Assembly: GCA_046290225.1 (NCBI GenBank)
Contig: JBKAGE010000037.1
Location: 160,001 to 224,000 of the forward strand
Direction: 5' to 3'
Length of the DNA stretch: 64,000 bases
DNA from: Bradymonadia bacterium
GTDB lineage: Bacteria; Myxococcota_A; Bradymonadia; UBA7976; UBA1532
In this document: positions 37,134-48,400 of the stretch, in pieces
How the letters are laid out: each line of letters begins with the position of its first letter
How positions within the stretch are numbered: position 1 is the stretch's first letter
Position numbers and translations under genes: made by a program
Notes under the pieces: generated by a model
What the model saw: only the letters and a program-made list of their open reading frames with translations
What the model was told of the DNA's origin: nothing
The model's database searches: none

Positions 37134-39302
37134 TCACCCTCCCTGGCTGCTCAAAGTGCTGATCATCATGGTCATGTTCACCGCCAGGTGGGCGACGAAC
37201 GGCGCCACCAGGCCGCCGGACCGCCACGCCAGCGCGGCATAGGCCATGCCCGCAAAGCCTGCGATCTGGGTCACCTCGATCAGGATCTGAAAGATGTCGC
37301 CTCTGAGGATCGACATGAACGACATGTGATAGAGCCCGAAGAGCAGGCCGGTGATCAGCACCGCCATCTCCGGCCGTTTGAGGGCACGGCTCAAAGCCGT
37401 ATAGATGAAGCCCATGAAGAAGAGCTGCTCGGCGGTCACGTGGATCAAGGTCATCAACAACACGGTGGCGCCACCGGCCACCTGCTGAATCGGGGTGAAG
37501 AAGCCCACCGCCAGGCCATACACCGCTGCGACGCCGATCCACTTGAGATCTTCGCCGAGCACCTCGGGGCCGGCCTTCTTGTTGTTGAGCCACCTCAATC
37601 CCAGGACGCCGACGCCGATGAGCACCAGCCGCCTGATCCACCACCAGATGTCGGAGATCACATAATAGTATTCCTGATTCCCAAGCTTTCGCAGGTCCTG
37701 GGGCCAGGGATCTCCACCGACAGGGGGGCTCGCCGAGCCGCCTGGGAGCAGGTTGGCGCCGACGAACATGAGCAGGAACACGGCGAAGAAGGCCGACATG
37801 GCGGGCACCATCATCGACGCATCGTGTACCGGGGCCCGCTTCTTGTTCGGCGGACCGAGCCGGGTGCTCTGTTTCGAGGTCTTGCGCTTTACGGTCTTGC
37901 CGCCGGTGAGCGACAACGTGGAACGGCTGCTCTTCTTTTGCACCCGACTGGTGACGAGGCGCAGCTCGCTGCGGGCCTCGGTGTTCCTCGGGTTCAGCTC
38001 GAGGGCCATCTTGAGGGCCTTCTCGGCCTGCTCTGCCATCCCCGCGAGGCGATAGATCTTGCCCACATAGAGCAGCGGGGCGTCCATGTCGGGGGCCACG
38101 TCCATGGCCCGGCGCATCCGCTTCGCCGCCTTCTTTGCTGCGGTCTCGTCTCGCTCGCTGCCCAGGAACGCGCTCCACGCGTAGTTCACGTGGGCCATGG
38201 GATCCTCGGGCACGAGCTTGACGAGGCTGCTGAAGCGCAACGCCGCAGCCTCGTAATCCCCTGCTTCGAGGTGGCGGCGGCCTTCGGCGGCCACATGGCG
38301 CACCGTGAGCTTGCGCATCACCTCTTCATCTCGTGGGTCCTGCCCCAGATCGAGGGCCTCGGCACAAATCAGACGACGCTCGTCGTCGAGCAGGCATCGA
38401 TGAGCCTCGTCATAGAGGGCCTTCAGCGCTTTCTGATGCTCACCGGAGGGCAGCCCCTGCAGGGCCGCGCGATATGCAGCTTCGACCTCCTCGGCGGTGG
38501 CCTCGGGGGTCACCTTGAGGCGGGCGAAGAAGTCGAGGGCTTCGAGTGCCTGTACTGGCCCTGCAGGCTTCGACACCTCAGGGCTCGGCGTCGCCACGGG
38601 CAAACCAAAGGCGAGGTGGCCGCTACGCCAGAGGGTCATCAGCTTGCGCATGGCCTCTGGAGGCTCGAGAGCCATCACCCGGCACACGGCGTCGACCTGC
38701 CCCTGCACGCTCTCCTGGGTGCGGGTGGCCACCTCGGCGAGGGAGGCCCATGCAGCGGGGAGGTTGTCGAGGCCCATGTCGGGGTCGACAGAGAAGACCC
38801 GGCGCTCATCAGGCAAAGCGTCAACGAGGGGGCTGTTGAGATCGAGGAGCACCAGCGGATGCAAAGTAAAGGCAGCCCGCTCGCGCTCATAAGTGCGATC
38901 TTCGATGAAGCGCGTCTCGCACTGAGTGAAACTGAGCAATGCCTCGAGGCGCCACAAAATCAGCATGCTCAGCACCATGGGCTGGGCATCTGCCGGCAGG
39001 ACCTTCAGGGCCTGTGCCCAGGGCACCCGACCCTGAGAGAGCACCTGTCGTGCGGTGTCTTGCTCGATGAGGCCATTGTCGACGAGCCGCCTCAGCCAGG
39101 CGCCTCTCCGAGCATCCTCCACTGATCCTTCGAAATGGATCGGGTAGCCCGACCGGAGCATCACCTCGACCTCGTCGCCCTCTTGCAGGGTGACGCGCAG
39201 TCGGCCGGTGGCTCGATTGCGATAGGCCCGGAATAGGGCATCGGCCACCGGTGAGGTGTGGACCAGCCCCGCGAGGGAGGACTCCGGCGTCAGGATACTC
39301 AA
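37134..39302 (-). CDS. Fusion of DUF4388-like, J-like, TPR and degenerate CPBP (CAAX/Abi) membrane domains
   Basis: RATGRLRV..GYP; LDFFARLKV..ATAEEVEAAYR..EAHRCL; TPR LYVGKIY..ALELNPRN; AEQLFFMG, LFGLYH and VAHLAVN. Confidence 0.7.
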   Translation of the reverse strand: MSILTPESSLAGLVHTSPVADALFRAYRNRATGRLRVTLQEGDEVEVMLRSGYPIHFEGSVEDARRGAWLRRLVDNGLIEQDTARQVLSQGRVPWAQALKVLPADAQPMVLSMLILWRLEALLSFTQCETRFIEDRTYERERAAFTLHPLVLLDLNSPLVDALPDERRVFSVDPDMGLDNLPAAWASLAEVATRTQESVQGQVDAVCRVMALEPPEAMRKLMTLWRSGHLAFGLPVATPSPEVSKPAGPVQALEALDFFARLKVTPEATAEEVEAAYRAALQGLPSGEHQKALKALYDEAHRCLLDDERRLICAEALDLGQDPRDEEVMRKLTVRHVAAEGRRHLEAGDYEAAALRFSSLVKLVPEDPMAHVNYAWSAFLGSERDETAAKKAAKRMRRAMDVAPDMDAPLLYVGKIYRLAGMAEQAEKALKMALELNPRNTEARSELRLVTSRVQKKSSRSTLSLTGGKTVKRKTSKQSTRLGPPNKKRAPVHDASMMVPAMSAFFAVFLLMFVGANLLPGGSASPPVGGDPWPQDLRKLGNQEYYYVISDIWWWIRRLVLIGVGVLGLRWLNNKKAGPEVLGEDLKWIGVAAVYGLAVGFFTPIQQVAGGATVLLMTLIHVTAEQLFFMGFIYTALSRALKRPEMAVLITGLLFGLYHMSFMSILRGDIFQILIEVTQIAGFAGMAYAALAWRSGGLVAPFVAHLAVNMTMMISTLSSQGG

Positions 39303-39407
39303 GTCTCAGATCACCCGCAGTGCATCACGTGGCGACGAGTCTAGACCCCCTGGGCTCCAGATGACAGTTTGCAGTGCACGAAGCGAAATACAGGGGGTGG
39401 ACTGGGG

Positions 39408-39965
39408 TTATTTGTCGCGTGACATCCAGGTCCTGAGATCGCTCACGATGAGGGGGGCCAGAGTCTCGAAGCAGGCCCGCTGCTCGGCTTCAGCGGTCAT
39501 GGCATCAGCCTCGGCACCGAGATCGACCTGGGCGCGATAGCGGTTCGACGCCCTGAGCACCCGCTTGAGGCCCTCAGGTCGAGACTGCACGCGATAGATC
39601 ATGTGTGCCATCTGACAATCGATGCGCGTGGATCCTTTTTGCCGGTCCACCCGAGTGCCCAACCTGATCTTCAGCTCGGCGAGCGGCTGGCCAGAGGCCT
39701 CGCGCGCCGCCTGGTCGAGATCTCGAGTCACGTCGATCTCGGGCATCCCGCCGACGTTCGTCTGCACCACATCTTTGACGTGCATCACCATGTCTGGTGT
39801 GGCGCCATGAATGTGCAGGCCCAGCTGCAGCGCCTTCGAGCCAGGGGCCACGGCAGGTGGACTCGGCATCGCGTCTCCACCACCGGGTACGGCCTCGGCG
39901 GCCACAGAGAAGGTGATGCCTGCGAGCAGGATCGAAGCGATGTGCCTGGCTGTACGTGTCTTCAT
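39408..39965 (-). CDS. Secreted hypothetical protein
   Basis: Signal peptide; one Cys pair. Confidence 0.55.
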   Translation of the reverse strand: MKTRTARHIASILLAGITFSVAAEAVPGGGDAMPSPPAVAPGSKALQLGLHIHGATPDMVMHVKDVVQTNVGGMPEIDVTRDLDQAAREASGQPLAELKIRLGTRVDRQKGSTRIDCQMAHMIYRVQSRPEGLKRVLRASNRYRAQVDLGAEADAMTAEAEQRACFETLAPLIVSDLRTWMSRDK

Positions 39966-40103
39966 GCACTCTTCATCGACCGCATGTGACCCGAGCCTTA
40001 ACCCACTTCTTTATTTTCTACATTTTGACCCACGTGCGTCTGTTGTGATCCGATCCCGACCCCGTGCTAGTCTCCGGCGAACGTCAATGGACCAGGACAC
40101 ATC

Positions 40104-41987
40104 ATGGTCAAGTGCCCCAAATGCGGGACCCCTGCCCCCACGGAAGCCAACTTCTGCGGAATGTGTGGCAGCACTCTGCGCACGGATGAGCCTCCTGTCT
40201 CTCCACTCTCCCGAGCCACCCCTGTGCCCGGGCAGGCACCAGTGTCGCCGAGAGAGACCCGCAGCACTGTGATGATGGGCAGCCTGCCCGTCGGCGTGAA
40301 AGAGGCCAATACGCGCACATCCCGTCGCAGCAGCACCGAGCTGGGCCCCCCCAACTTGCTCGCTGAAGAGACGGCACCCTCGGAGCTCCTCGCGGAGGAA
40401 ACCCCTCTGGGCCCCCCGAACGCATTGGGCAAGGACACACTCTTCGACGGCAGCATCAAGCCGCCTCTCGAAGACGAGAGCGTGCTCGGCCCGACGATGA
40501 TTTTGTCGGAGGGGCAGAAAGCCCTCGAGTCGTCACCTCAAGAGGCCGCCCCTCAAGAGGTGTCGCCTCGAGACACTCTGGTGGCGCAGGCGTCACCTCT
40601 GGCGGTATCGCCTGCGGCAGATGCCCACGACGATGTCGCTCCAGAGCCGGCCACTGAAGAGACTCACATGCCCTCCGAAGCCGATGGGCCACCGGCAGAT
40701 GAGGCGGACACCTCAGCCGAGGCGGCAACATCAGAAGACGGCGTGGCAGAGAAGGCCATGATGGCCGAGCTGTCTGTGGCAGAGGCCCCTGTAGCCGAAG
40801 CTGGTGTAGCCGAAGCTGGTGTAGCCGAAACAGCTGTCGAGCCGGCGAGCAGTCCCTCTACGCCCGAGGATGCCCACCCTGCAGATGATGCCCCGGCAGA
40901 GGCAGAAGACGGCCCTCTGGACACAGCGGCAGAGCCCATGCCCGCAGTGCCGTCGGCGGCCACCCAGCTCGATGTCGTGGCGGCGAGCCTCCCCGAAGAG
41001 CACGGGCCGGGCGACACCACGCCTCGGGTCGAGGCCCCTCTCGAAGAGAACCCGACACTCGCCGAGATTGCTGCAGAGCCTGCGCCTGCATCTGCGCCAC
41101 AGGGCGTTGAAGACGAGCCCCCAGAAGATGCGCCCTCAAAAGATGCGCTGGGCCACGAGCCCACAGCCCCTCCAGAGGCCGCCATGGCCGAGGCGGCCTC
41201 ACCGGGCGAGGACACGGGCTCACGAGATGCTGTCGAGCCCGACACAGCTGAGCCTGACGAAGCAAAGGCCGATCCGGCAGAACCTGATGAGCCAGAATCT
41301 GATGAGATGGGGTCTGCTGGAGAAGATGTCGATGGGCAGGCACCCGAGACAGACACCCAGGCCACAGAGGCCGAGTCGAACGACAGCGGCATCCAAATGG
41401 GCACTCAGTTGCCCTCTCAGACTGATGTAGAGCCTGCCTGGGTCAAAGCTGAGGCAGAGTCCAGGCCTGCCCCGGCCACAGTGCCAGATGAGCCTGTGAT
41501 CCCTCAGCAAGAGTCTTCTGACGATGCGACAGAGGGCGAAGGATCTGATGCTCAGGTGTCTGGTGAGGCCGGCAACGACAGCACGGCCTCAGATGGCAGC
41601 CCCTCTGATGGCGAGCACGAGACTTCACAGGCAGATCCCTCGGAGGATGGCGAAGCAGCACCAGGGAAGGGCGGTCGTTTCCGAGAGACCTTGTGGTTCA
41701 TGGAGTCTCTCGATCCCGAGAACATGGCCGCCCACGACGGCGATGATCCCGAGGCCATCAACGCGCACTACGATCGCGAAAAAGAGAAGTCGGTGGACGA
41801 AGGCACCCGCCGTCAGTTCTCATTGCAGTCGAAAGAGCCCCCAACACAAACGCAGATGCACCGCGCCGTGAAGGCCCTCGAGTCCGAGCCTGAGGGCAAG
41901 CGCAGCAACCCCCTCGTGCCCGTGTTGATCCTGCTCGCTGCCGCTGGCATCGGCGTGGCGGTCTGGCTCATGACCCGCGGGGGCTGA
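40104..41987 (+). CDS. Zinc-ribbon protein with long acidic disordered region and C-terminal TM anchor
   Basis: CPKCG..NFCGMCG; Glu/Asp/Ala/Pro-rich middle; FRETLWFM; terminal TM helix. Confidence 0.75.
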   Translation: MVKCPKCGTPAPTEANFCGMCGSTLRTDEPPVSPLSRATPVPGQAPVSPRETRSTVMMGSLPVGVKEANTRTSRRSSTELGPPNLLAEETAPSELLAEETPLGPPNALGKDTLFDGSIKPPLEDESVLGPTMILSEGQKALESSPQEAAPQEVSPRDTLVAQASPLAVSPAADAHDDVAPEPATEETHMPSEADGPPADEADTSAEAATSEDGVAEKAMMAELSVAEAPVAEAGVAEAGVAETAVEPASSPSTPEDAHPADDAPAEAEDGPLDTAAEPMPAVPSAATQLDVVAASLPEEHGPGDTTPRVEAPLEENPTLAEIAAEPAPASAPQGVEDEPPEDAPSKDALGHEPTAPPEAAMAEAASPGEDTGSRDAVEPDTAEPDEAKADPAEPDEPESDEMGSAGEDVDGQAPETDTQATEAESNDSGIQMGTQLPSQTDVEPAWVKAEAESRPAPATVPDEPVIPQQESSDDATEGEGSDAQVSGEAGNDSTASDGSPSDGEHETSQADPSEDGEAAPGKGGRFRETLWFMESLDPENMAAHDGDDPEAINAHYDREKEKSVDEGTRRQFSLQSKEPPTQTQMHRAVKALESEPEGKRSNPLVPVLILLAAAGIGVAVWLMTRGG

Positions 41988-41988
41988 C

Positions 41989-42438
41989 GTGAGGCCGTTG
42001 AAGCCACAACTGCTGCTCGCGCTGGTGCTCCTCACGGGTTGCCGCGACAGCCCCATCGAGGTCATCGAAGGGGCCAGCATCGCCGCCGCTGACGGCGATC
42101 AGTCGAACTTTCGATCGTACTTCAGCAATGGCACTGTGCAGCGTCTACGGCGCAAATGGGCCCTCACCGGTGAAACCCCGGAGGCACACTGGCGTCGGCT
42201 CGCCGAAGGGCTCACCTTCGGGCAGCGCTCATTTGCGGAAGATGGGGTGAAATTCGCCGGTGAGGCGATCCATGGGGAGTACGCCGAGGTGACCGTGTCC
42301 CTCGGCGCTGAGTCGAGATCGTATTATCTTCGAAAAGAAGATGGTGCCTGGCGCATCGATTTGGGCGCCGGACAGCGCTATCGTCTTGCAGCCCCCTCCA
42401 CGTCACCCGACGCCGGGGCCAAGAAGAGTCAAGAGTAG
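41989..42438 (+). CDS. Lipoprotein, NTF2-like (DUF4878-like)
   Basis: Lipobox LTGC; GEYAEVTV..LRKEDGAWRI. Confidence 0.6.
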   Translation: MRPLKPQLLLALVLLTGCRDSPIEVIEGASIAAADGDQSNFRSYFSNGTVQRLRRKWALTGETPEAHWRRLAEGLTFGQRSFAEDGVKFAGEAIHGEYAEVTVSLGAESRSYYLRKEDGAWRIDLGAGQRYRLAAPSTSPDAGAKKSQE

Positions 42439-42460
42439 TCATGAGCCTTCAGGAGCAACC

Positions 42461-44023
42461 ATGATCACCGTCGCCGTCGCAGCCGCCGCTGCCGCCGTGG
42501 GTGGCGCCACCGTGATCGCCCTCGATCGCAAGCGCACGGCCGATCTTCGCGCCGACGCCGAGCGCACCCGAGGTGAGCGCATCGCCGAAGCCCAGGCAGA
42601 GGCAAAGCGTATTCAGGCGACGCATCTCGAAGACGCCCAGGGGCGACTCGAGTCCATGCAGGCCCGAAACACCGCCGACTTCGAGGCCTGGTCCAACACC
42701 CTCGACCAGGAAGAGGTCCGTCTGACACAGCGCAGCGAGACCCTGGAGCAGCGCGCAGAGCAGTTCGAAGCCCGAGAGGCGGAGCTGCAGACCCTCTTCG
42801 ATGACTTCAAGAGCCGTCGGGAGGCCCTCAAGACCTCTCGAGAGGCCCTCGAAGCCCAAGAAGCGCGCATCGAGGAGACCCTCGAGCGCCTCGCGGGCTC
42901 CACCCGACAGGACATCTCCGACAGCATCGGCGAGGAGATGGTGCAGCGTGCCCGCCTCGCTGGCCGTCGCCGCCTGCACGATGACGAGGCCCTCATCGTC
43001 GCTGCAGCAGAGCAGCGAGCCCGCCGGCTCATCGACGTGGCTGCTCAGCGGTATGGCTCCGCTCTCCCCGCGGACCGGCTGGTGTCCACGGTGAACCTGC
43101 CCTCCGACAAGGGGGCGCGGGGTCGCCTGCTCGCCGACAACCGGGCGCTGCTCTCGGCCCTCACCGAGGCCACCGAGGTGGAGTTCGTCACCACCGAAGA
43201 TCAGAACACGCTGTTCATGCAGGCCCCTGATCCCTTCACCCGGGAGATCGGGCGACTGTCGTTCAACCGCCTGGCCAAATCGAAACGCGCCTCCGACAAA
43301 GAGGTGATCAAGATCGTCAAGTCGGTGGACACGGAGCTGCACAACGTGGTGCGCAAGGCGGGCAAGCGCGCCGCCCGCATCTTGAAGCTCAAGAAGATGC
43401 ACCCCGAGATCTCCGAGCTCGTGGGCAAGCTGTTGTATCGCACCAGCTTCACGCAGAATCAGTGGCAGCACGCCATCGAGACGGCTTTCTTGTGCGGGAT
43501 GATGGCCGACGAGCTGGGGCTGCCGGTCATCGAGGCCCGCAGAGCGGCGCTGATCCACGACATCGGCAAGGTGCTCTGGGCAGAGACAGAGGCTGTGGGC
43601 AGCCACGCCGTGAGCGGCGCGGCCTTTGCCCGAGAGCGCGGTGAAGATCCGGCGATTTGCCACGCCATCGCCGCCCACCACGACGACGAGAAGCCCTCGA
43701 CGCCCCTGGCCCACCTCGTCGCCGCCGCCGACGCCCTGAGCGGCGCACGCCCCGGCGCTCGACGGGAGATGCTGGAGAGCTACACCCGCCGGGTGGATGA
43801 TCTCGAGCGCATCTCCTCCGACTTCCCAGGTGTCGAAAAAGCCTATGTGATTCAAGGTGGTCGCGAGCTGCGCCTCATCGTCGATCACCGCAAGGTGGAC
43901 GATCTCGCAGCGGCGACGCTCTCGTCGGAGGTGGCGCACCGCATCGAAGATGAATGCGTCTATCCAGGCCAGATCAAAGTCACCGTGATCCGAGAGACCA
44001 AGTTCAGCTACACCGCCCGCTGA
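42461..44023 (+). CDS. rny: Ribonuclease Y (divergent)
   Basis: AGGAG RBS; TM anchor, coiled coil, HD domain (RTSFTQN, LIHDIGK, AHH, AADALSGARPGAR), C-terminal YPGQIKVTVIRE. Confidence 0.88.
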   Translation: MITVAVAAAAAAVGGATVIALDRKRTADLRADAERTRGERIAEAQAEAKRIQATHLEDAQGRLESMQARNTADFEAWSNTLDQEEVRLTQRSETLEQRAEQFEAREAELQTLFDDFKSRREALKTSREALEAQEARIEETLERLAGSTRQDISDSIGEEMVQRARLAGRRRLHDDEALIVAAAEQRARRLIDVAAQRYGSALPADRLVSTVNLPSDKGARGRLLADNRALLSALTEATEVEFVTTEDQNTLFMQAPDPFTREIGRLSFNRLAKSKRASDKEVIKIVKSVDTELHNVVRKAGKRAARILKLKKMHPEISELVGKLLYRTSFTQNQWQHAIETAFLCGMMADELGLPVIEARRAALIHDIGKVLWAETEAVGSHAVSGAAFARERGEDPAICHAIAAHHDDEKPSTPLAHLVAAADALSGARPGARREMLESYTRRVDDLERISSDFPGVEKAYVIQGGRELRLIVDHRKVDDLAAATLSSEVAHRIEDECVYPGQIKVTVIRETKFSYTAR

Positions 44024-44077
44024 GGCCACGTCTTCAGATGGGGCTCTGAGGACCCGCAGGCTATACTCGAGGTCCCC

Positions 44078-45208
44078 ATGTGCCGATCCTCCTTCCGAAT
44101 GCGGATTCCGCGCGGAGGGCAGACGGTGTCATCGACCCAAACCTCACGACAGCTCGACGATCGCTATGTGGTCGAGCGCGCCCTGGGCACTCAAGCCGAG
44201 GGTCGCTTCTTCCTCGGCGTCGACACCCATGCAGGGGGTCGTGTCACCATCTTTCTGCCCAATCTGGAGGGTCGCTCTCCAGGGGCGTTTCTCGAGGCGC
44301 TGACGCCGGAGCTGAAGCGCTGTGCCCCTCTGAAGGACACACCCTACTGTACGCTCGTCGACGCAGGCCTCACACGCCAGGGCGAGGCCTTCGTCGTGGT
44401 GGCTCGTCCGAGAGGACGCAGCCTCGCCGAGCACCTTCGGGTGGAGAGTCGACTCACGACGAGTCGGGCCCTCTCGGTGGGGATCCAGCTGTGTGATCTG
44501 GTCCGCCGCGCCCACGCCGCCATCATCTTCCCGGCCCCTCTCGATCCTGGCCATGTGATCCTCGACCCGCAATCGGGCGGTCGCTTCAGGGTCTCCCTGG
44601 TCGATCCGGGGTTGCAGCGTGGGGCCTACGATCTGGCCCTCGATCAGATCAGCGAGCTGGGCCGAGGTGCCACCCGCGGACCCCGAGACGACGTCTTCTC
44701 GCTCACAGCGCTCTTGCACCTGATGATTTTCGGGGTGAACCCGCCGCCCATGAGCGTGCACGGTCCCGCGGACGGCTCTGGCTGGATGGCGCTGCCGGAG
44801 ATCGGCCGCACGCTGGATCCTCGCCTCGAGGCCTGCCTGCACACAGTGTTGCTCAAGGGACTGGCCCCTGATCCCGGAGAGCGCTTTGCCCACGCCGAGG
44901 CGCTGCAGCGCGCCCTCACGGGCCTGCGACAGCTGATGTCGCTCTCGGCACCGGCCTTCGAGCTGCTCGCCGCGACGCGCGGGCGCCTGGGACGCCGGCC
45001 TGACCCCTTCGATCTCACTGCAGAGCAGCCTGAGCAGGCACGGGCCACCGAGGCCCGAGCGCTGATTCGTCAGGTGGCGTCGACGAGCCCCGGAAACGCC
45101 ACGAGCCTGGGGCGCATCTCGCAGACCTCCGAATCCCACCACGGATCGACCTCGGGGGAGGCGGCCAGCGATGAGCGATGGGCACCTTCGGATGGCCTCT
45201 ACCGCTGA
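44078..45208 (+). CDS. Ser/Thr kinase-like pseudokinase
   Basis: DRYVVERALG, DDVFSL..MIFGVNP, KGLAPDPGERF; HRD, DFG and beta3-Lys motifs absent. Confidence 0.7.
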   Translation: MCRSSFRMRIPRGGQTVSSTQTSRQLDDRYVVERALGTQAEGRFFLGVDTHAGGRVTIFLPNLEGRSPGAFLEALTPELKRCAPLKDTPYCTLVDAGLTRQGEAFVVVARPRGRSLAEHLRVESRLTTSRALSVGIQLCDLVRRAHAAIIFPAPLDPGHVILDPQSGGRFRVSLVDPGLQRGAYDLALDQISELGRGATRGPRDDVFSLTALLHLMIFGVNPPPMSVHGPADGSGWMALPEIGRTLDPRLEACLHTVLLKGLAPDPGERFAHAEALQRALTGLRQLMSLSAPAFELLAATRGRLGRRPDPFDLTAEQPEQARATEARALIRQVASTSPGNATSLGRISQTSESHHGSTSGEAASDERWAPSDGLYR

Positions 45209-45413
45209 ACGGGACGAGGTTGCAGATCAAGGGGTCGCCCATGGCCTCTGCCCCACTCTTGCCTACAAAATCGAGCCAGATTTGGTTAGCCTGAGCACTC
45301 ATGGCGGCAGCATGTCCAGTGCACGGTGTGTGCACTGGGTGCGGGCATCAACTCACTTCATCGCAGATCTGAGCAGGATCAGGCGGTGACGGTGCGGGCG
45401 GATTGAGGAAATT

Positions 45414-48400
45414 GTGGTCTTGAAGGTCATCAAATCACAACCGACAGGCGGCTCCGGCCCTTCGCCAAACCCCTCAGCAGAGGGTGAGCTGGCCGAAGGG
45501 TTCCTGATCGACAACCGCTATCAGATCCTCCGCCGCGCGAGCCGCTGGACTGTGGGCGACACCTACCTGGCTCACGATCTTCAGTTCAACGAGACGGTGG
45601 TCCTGGTGACCCCCGACTGCCCGCCTGGTCAAATCGCCGGCTTCCTTCAGCGCATGCGCATCGACGCCGAGCGTACCCGGCCGCTGCATCGCGGTCCTGT
45701 GGTGACGATCCGCGATACGGGCCTGCTCGGCAGCGGTCGCCCGTTCTTTACGCTGCGTCATGTGCCAGGCACGTCGCTCTGGCGGCACATCAAGAGCGAA
45801 GGCCCCCTGCCCACCGAGGTGGCGCTGCGACTCTTCGAAGCCCTGGCCCACCGCATCAAGCAGGCCCACGACATCGGGGTGTACCTCGGCGACATCCGCC
45901 CGGCGAACATCCTGCTGGTCGAAGGCGCTGACGGGGTGGCTCCGGAGATCATCGATCTGGGTTATGCCCGCGGGCTCTTCGAGGGGGTGCTCTCTTTGCC
46001 TGCGCCTTCTCCGGCTTACCGCTCACCTCAGCAGCGACGCCGCCTGCCCCTGAGCTCCGGCGACGACATCTACGCCCTCGGGGCAGTGCTCTACTTCATG
46101 CTCACCGCTCGACCGCCTCGGGCAGGCAACACGGAAGATCCCAACATCATGGTGGGTGCCGACATGGGCGAGGTGGTGACGCCACCTTCCAATGTGCGCT
46201 CTGATCTCGACTTCCCGATGTACGTCGATCAGGTGGTGCTCACGGCTCTGGCCACCCGACCTGAAGAACGCTACCGCACCATCAGCGACGTGGCCCACGG
46301 GGTCGAAGGTCTCATGGAGCTGTTCGCCCTGTCGCCGAAGGCCCGGGCGATGCTCTACAACGAGGGCAAAGAAGAAGAGACCACGATGGACGTGGCCCCT
46401 TCGTATCCCGCCACGACAGGGCGGGGACCTCAACAGGCGCCACATCAGCCGCAGCAGCACCGATCTCCTGCAGGCGATCCGCCGACGCAACCTGTCTTCC
46501 CGGCACCTCAACAGAGTCGAGATCCGCACACCGCGGTCTTCTCACGGGGTCCCGGAGGCCTCACGCCGGCAACAATGACGCCGGCAACAATGACGCCAGC
46601 ACCTGGCCATCAACCCAATGCGGCTCAACATCGACCAGGCTCGGGCACACGCCCCTTCGAGATGAACGAGCTCGCCCGACCCGCGACACCCTCCAGCCCC
46701 GGCGAAGACGTCTTTCAGTCCGTCAACGCCGCCTGGGAGCAGCAGGAGAGCGGCCACCGAGAGAGCCCTGGTCGCCAGGAAGTCTGGTCAGGCGGTGCGG
46801 CCTCGTCAGGGCAAGGGCAACACCACGATCCGCCGACGCGCCCCCTTCATCCGGCACAAGTGAGCGCAGCGCTTCAAGGATCCAATGGTGTCATGGGGCA
46901 CCCTTCGGGCATTCAGCCGATGATGCCCCGCATGCCCCAAGCTCCAGCGCCTGCCCCTGCCGCTCCACAGATGCCCGCAAGCATGCCGCCCAACGTAATG
47001 CCTGCTCCGGCACCAGAGCCGATGCCTCAGGCAGCACAACCTGAGGCGGCGATCCTGCCCAGTTTGCAGGAGATGGCGCTTGGGGCGGTCCCCGCTACGG
47101 AGCAGGTACCGGTCCACGAGCCGGTGCCTGATGATCACGCGCTCCAACTGGCACCGGCCAGGGGCCACTCCGCTTCGGAGAAGCTCCCCGATCGCGAAGA
47201 GCGAATCACCCGCGCCGGGCAAGATCCGTTCAGCGCTGATCCGCTTCGCCTCGAGTCGGAGCCTCTGGCGGCGAACGCCGTACCCTCACCACACCGCCAG
47301 CCCGAACGCCGGCAGCGCGTGGCCATGGGACTGGTGGCGGTGGCACTGCTCACCGCAGCGAGCCTCGGTGGTTTCCTCGTCATGAAGAAGTCCCGAGACA
47401 AAGATCAGTTCCTGCCACCGCCTGAGGCAGGGTCGATGACCGGGCAGAATCTGCCCGTCACGACGGCTTCGAACACGCCTCCTCTCTCTGATCCGAAGAA
47501 CCTGGCCGCAACGCCGAGCGCCCTCGCTGGTATGGATCCACTCGCGGATGCACAGAAGAATGGTGGAGCCGTCGCCGAGAATCCCGAGACGCCTCTCGAA
47601 GACGGCACGGATCCCAACGCCGAGACGCCCGTGGCTGCCGAGGACGATCGCACGGTCACCCTCGAGGTGGTGACTGATCCTGCCGGCGCCGAGGTGGTGG
47701 CGGTGGATACGAGCGAGCTGGTGTGCAAGCAGACGCCGTGCACCTTTGACCGCCCGAAGGAGGCCGCTGGCAACCTGGTGGTTCGGGTGTCGATGCAGGG
47801 CCGCGAGCCCATCGTGCGCCCACTCCCCCTCGAGAAAGACAACTCGTTCAAGCTGACGCTGGAGCCCATGGTGGCCAGCGCAGAGGCCTCACGGCCCAAA
47901 TCGCCCCGTCGCTCGAGCACCAAGGGCTCAAACACGCGCAAGACCGGTGTCGGCACAGTCTCGCAGTCGCCCTCGACGGCTCAGGTCGCAGCTCAGCCTC
48001 CGACGACCCCACCTACAGTGGCCAAGCCCGCAGGCGGGGATCCCTTCGGCTCGGACCCCTTTGGTGAAGATCCCTTTGGTGATCTGGGCTCCCCGACGCC
48101 GGCAGCCCCAACGAAGACAGCACCAACTGTGAAGAAGGCTGATCCGCCCAAGCCGACCCCAGCAGCCCCTGCCGATGATCCTTTCGGGGAAGATCCTTTC
48201 GGCTCGGATCCCTTTGGGGACTCAGCGCCTGCCAAGGCCGATCCGCCCAAGGTCACAACACCAGCCGCGAAGGCACCTGAGAAGAAGACGCCTGCGGCAA
48301 AGCCCCCTGCAAAGTCTGCTGATCCCTTCGGAGAGGATCCCTTCGGAGAGGATCCCTTCGGGGATGATCCTTTCGCAGGCTCGACGCCGACCAAGGCAGT

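Noticed and set aside
42449..44029. 526-aa minus-strand ORF (similarly 20212-21330, 37104-39125, 48901-50100, 55132-56481)
   Set aside because: Antisense shadows of well-supported genes, as expected in high-GC DNA.
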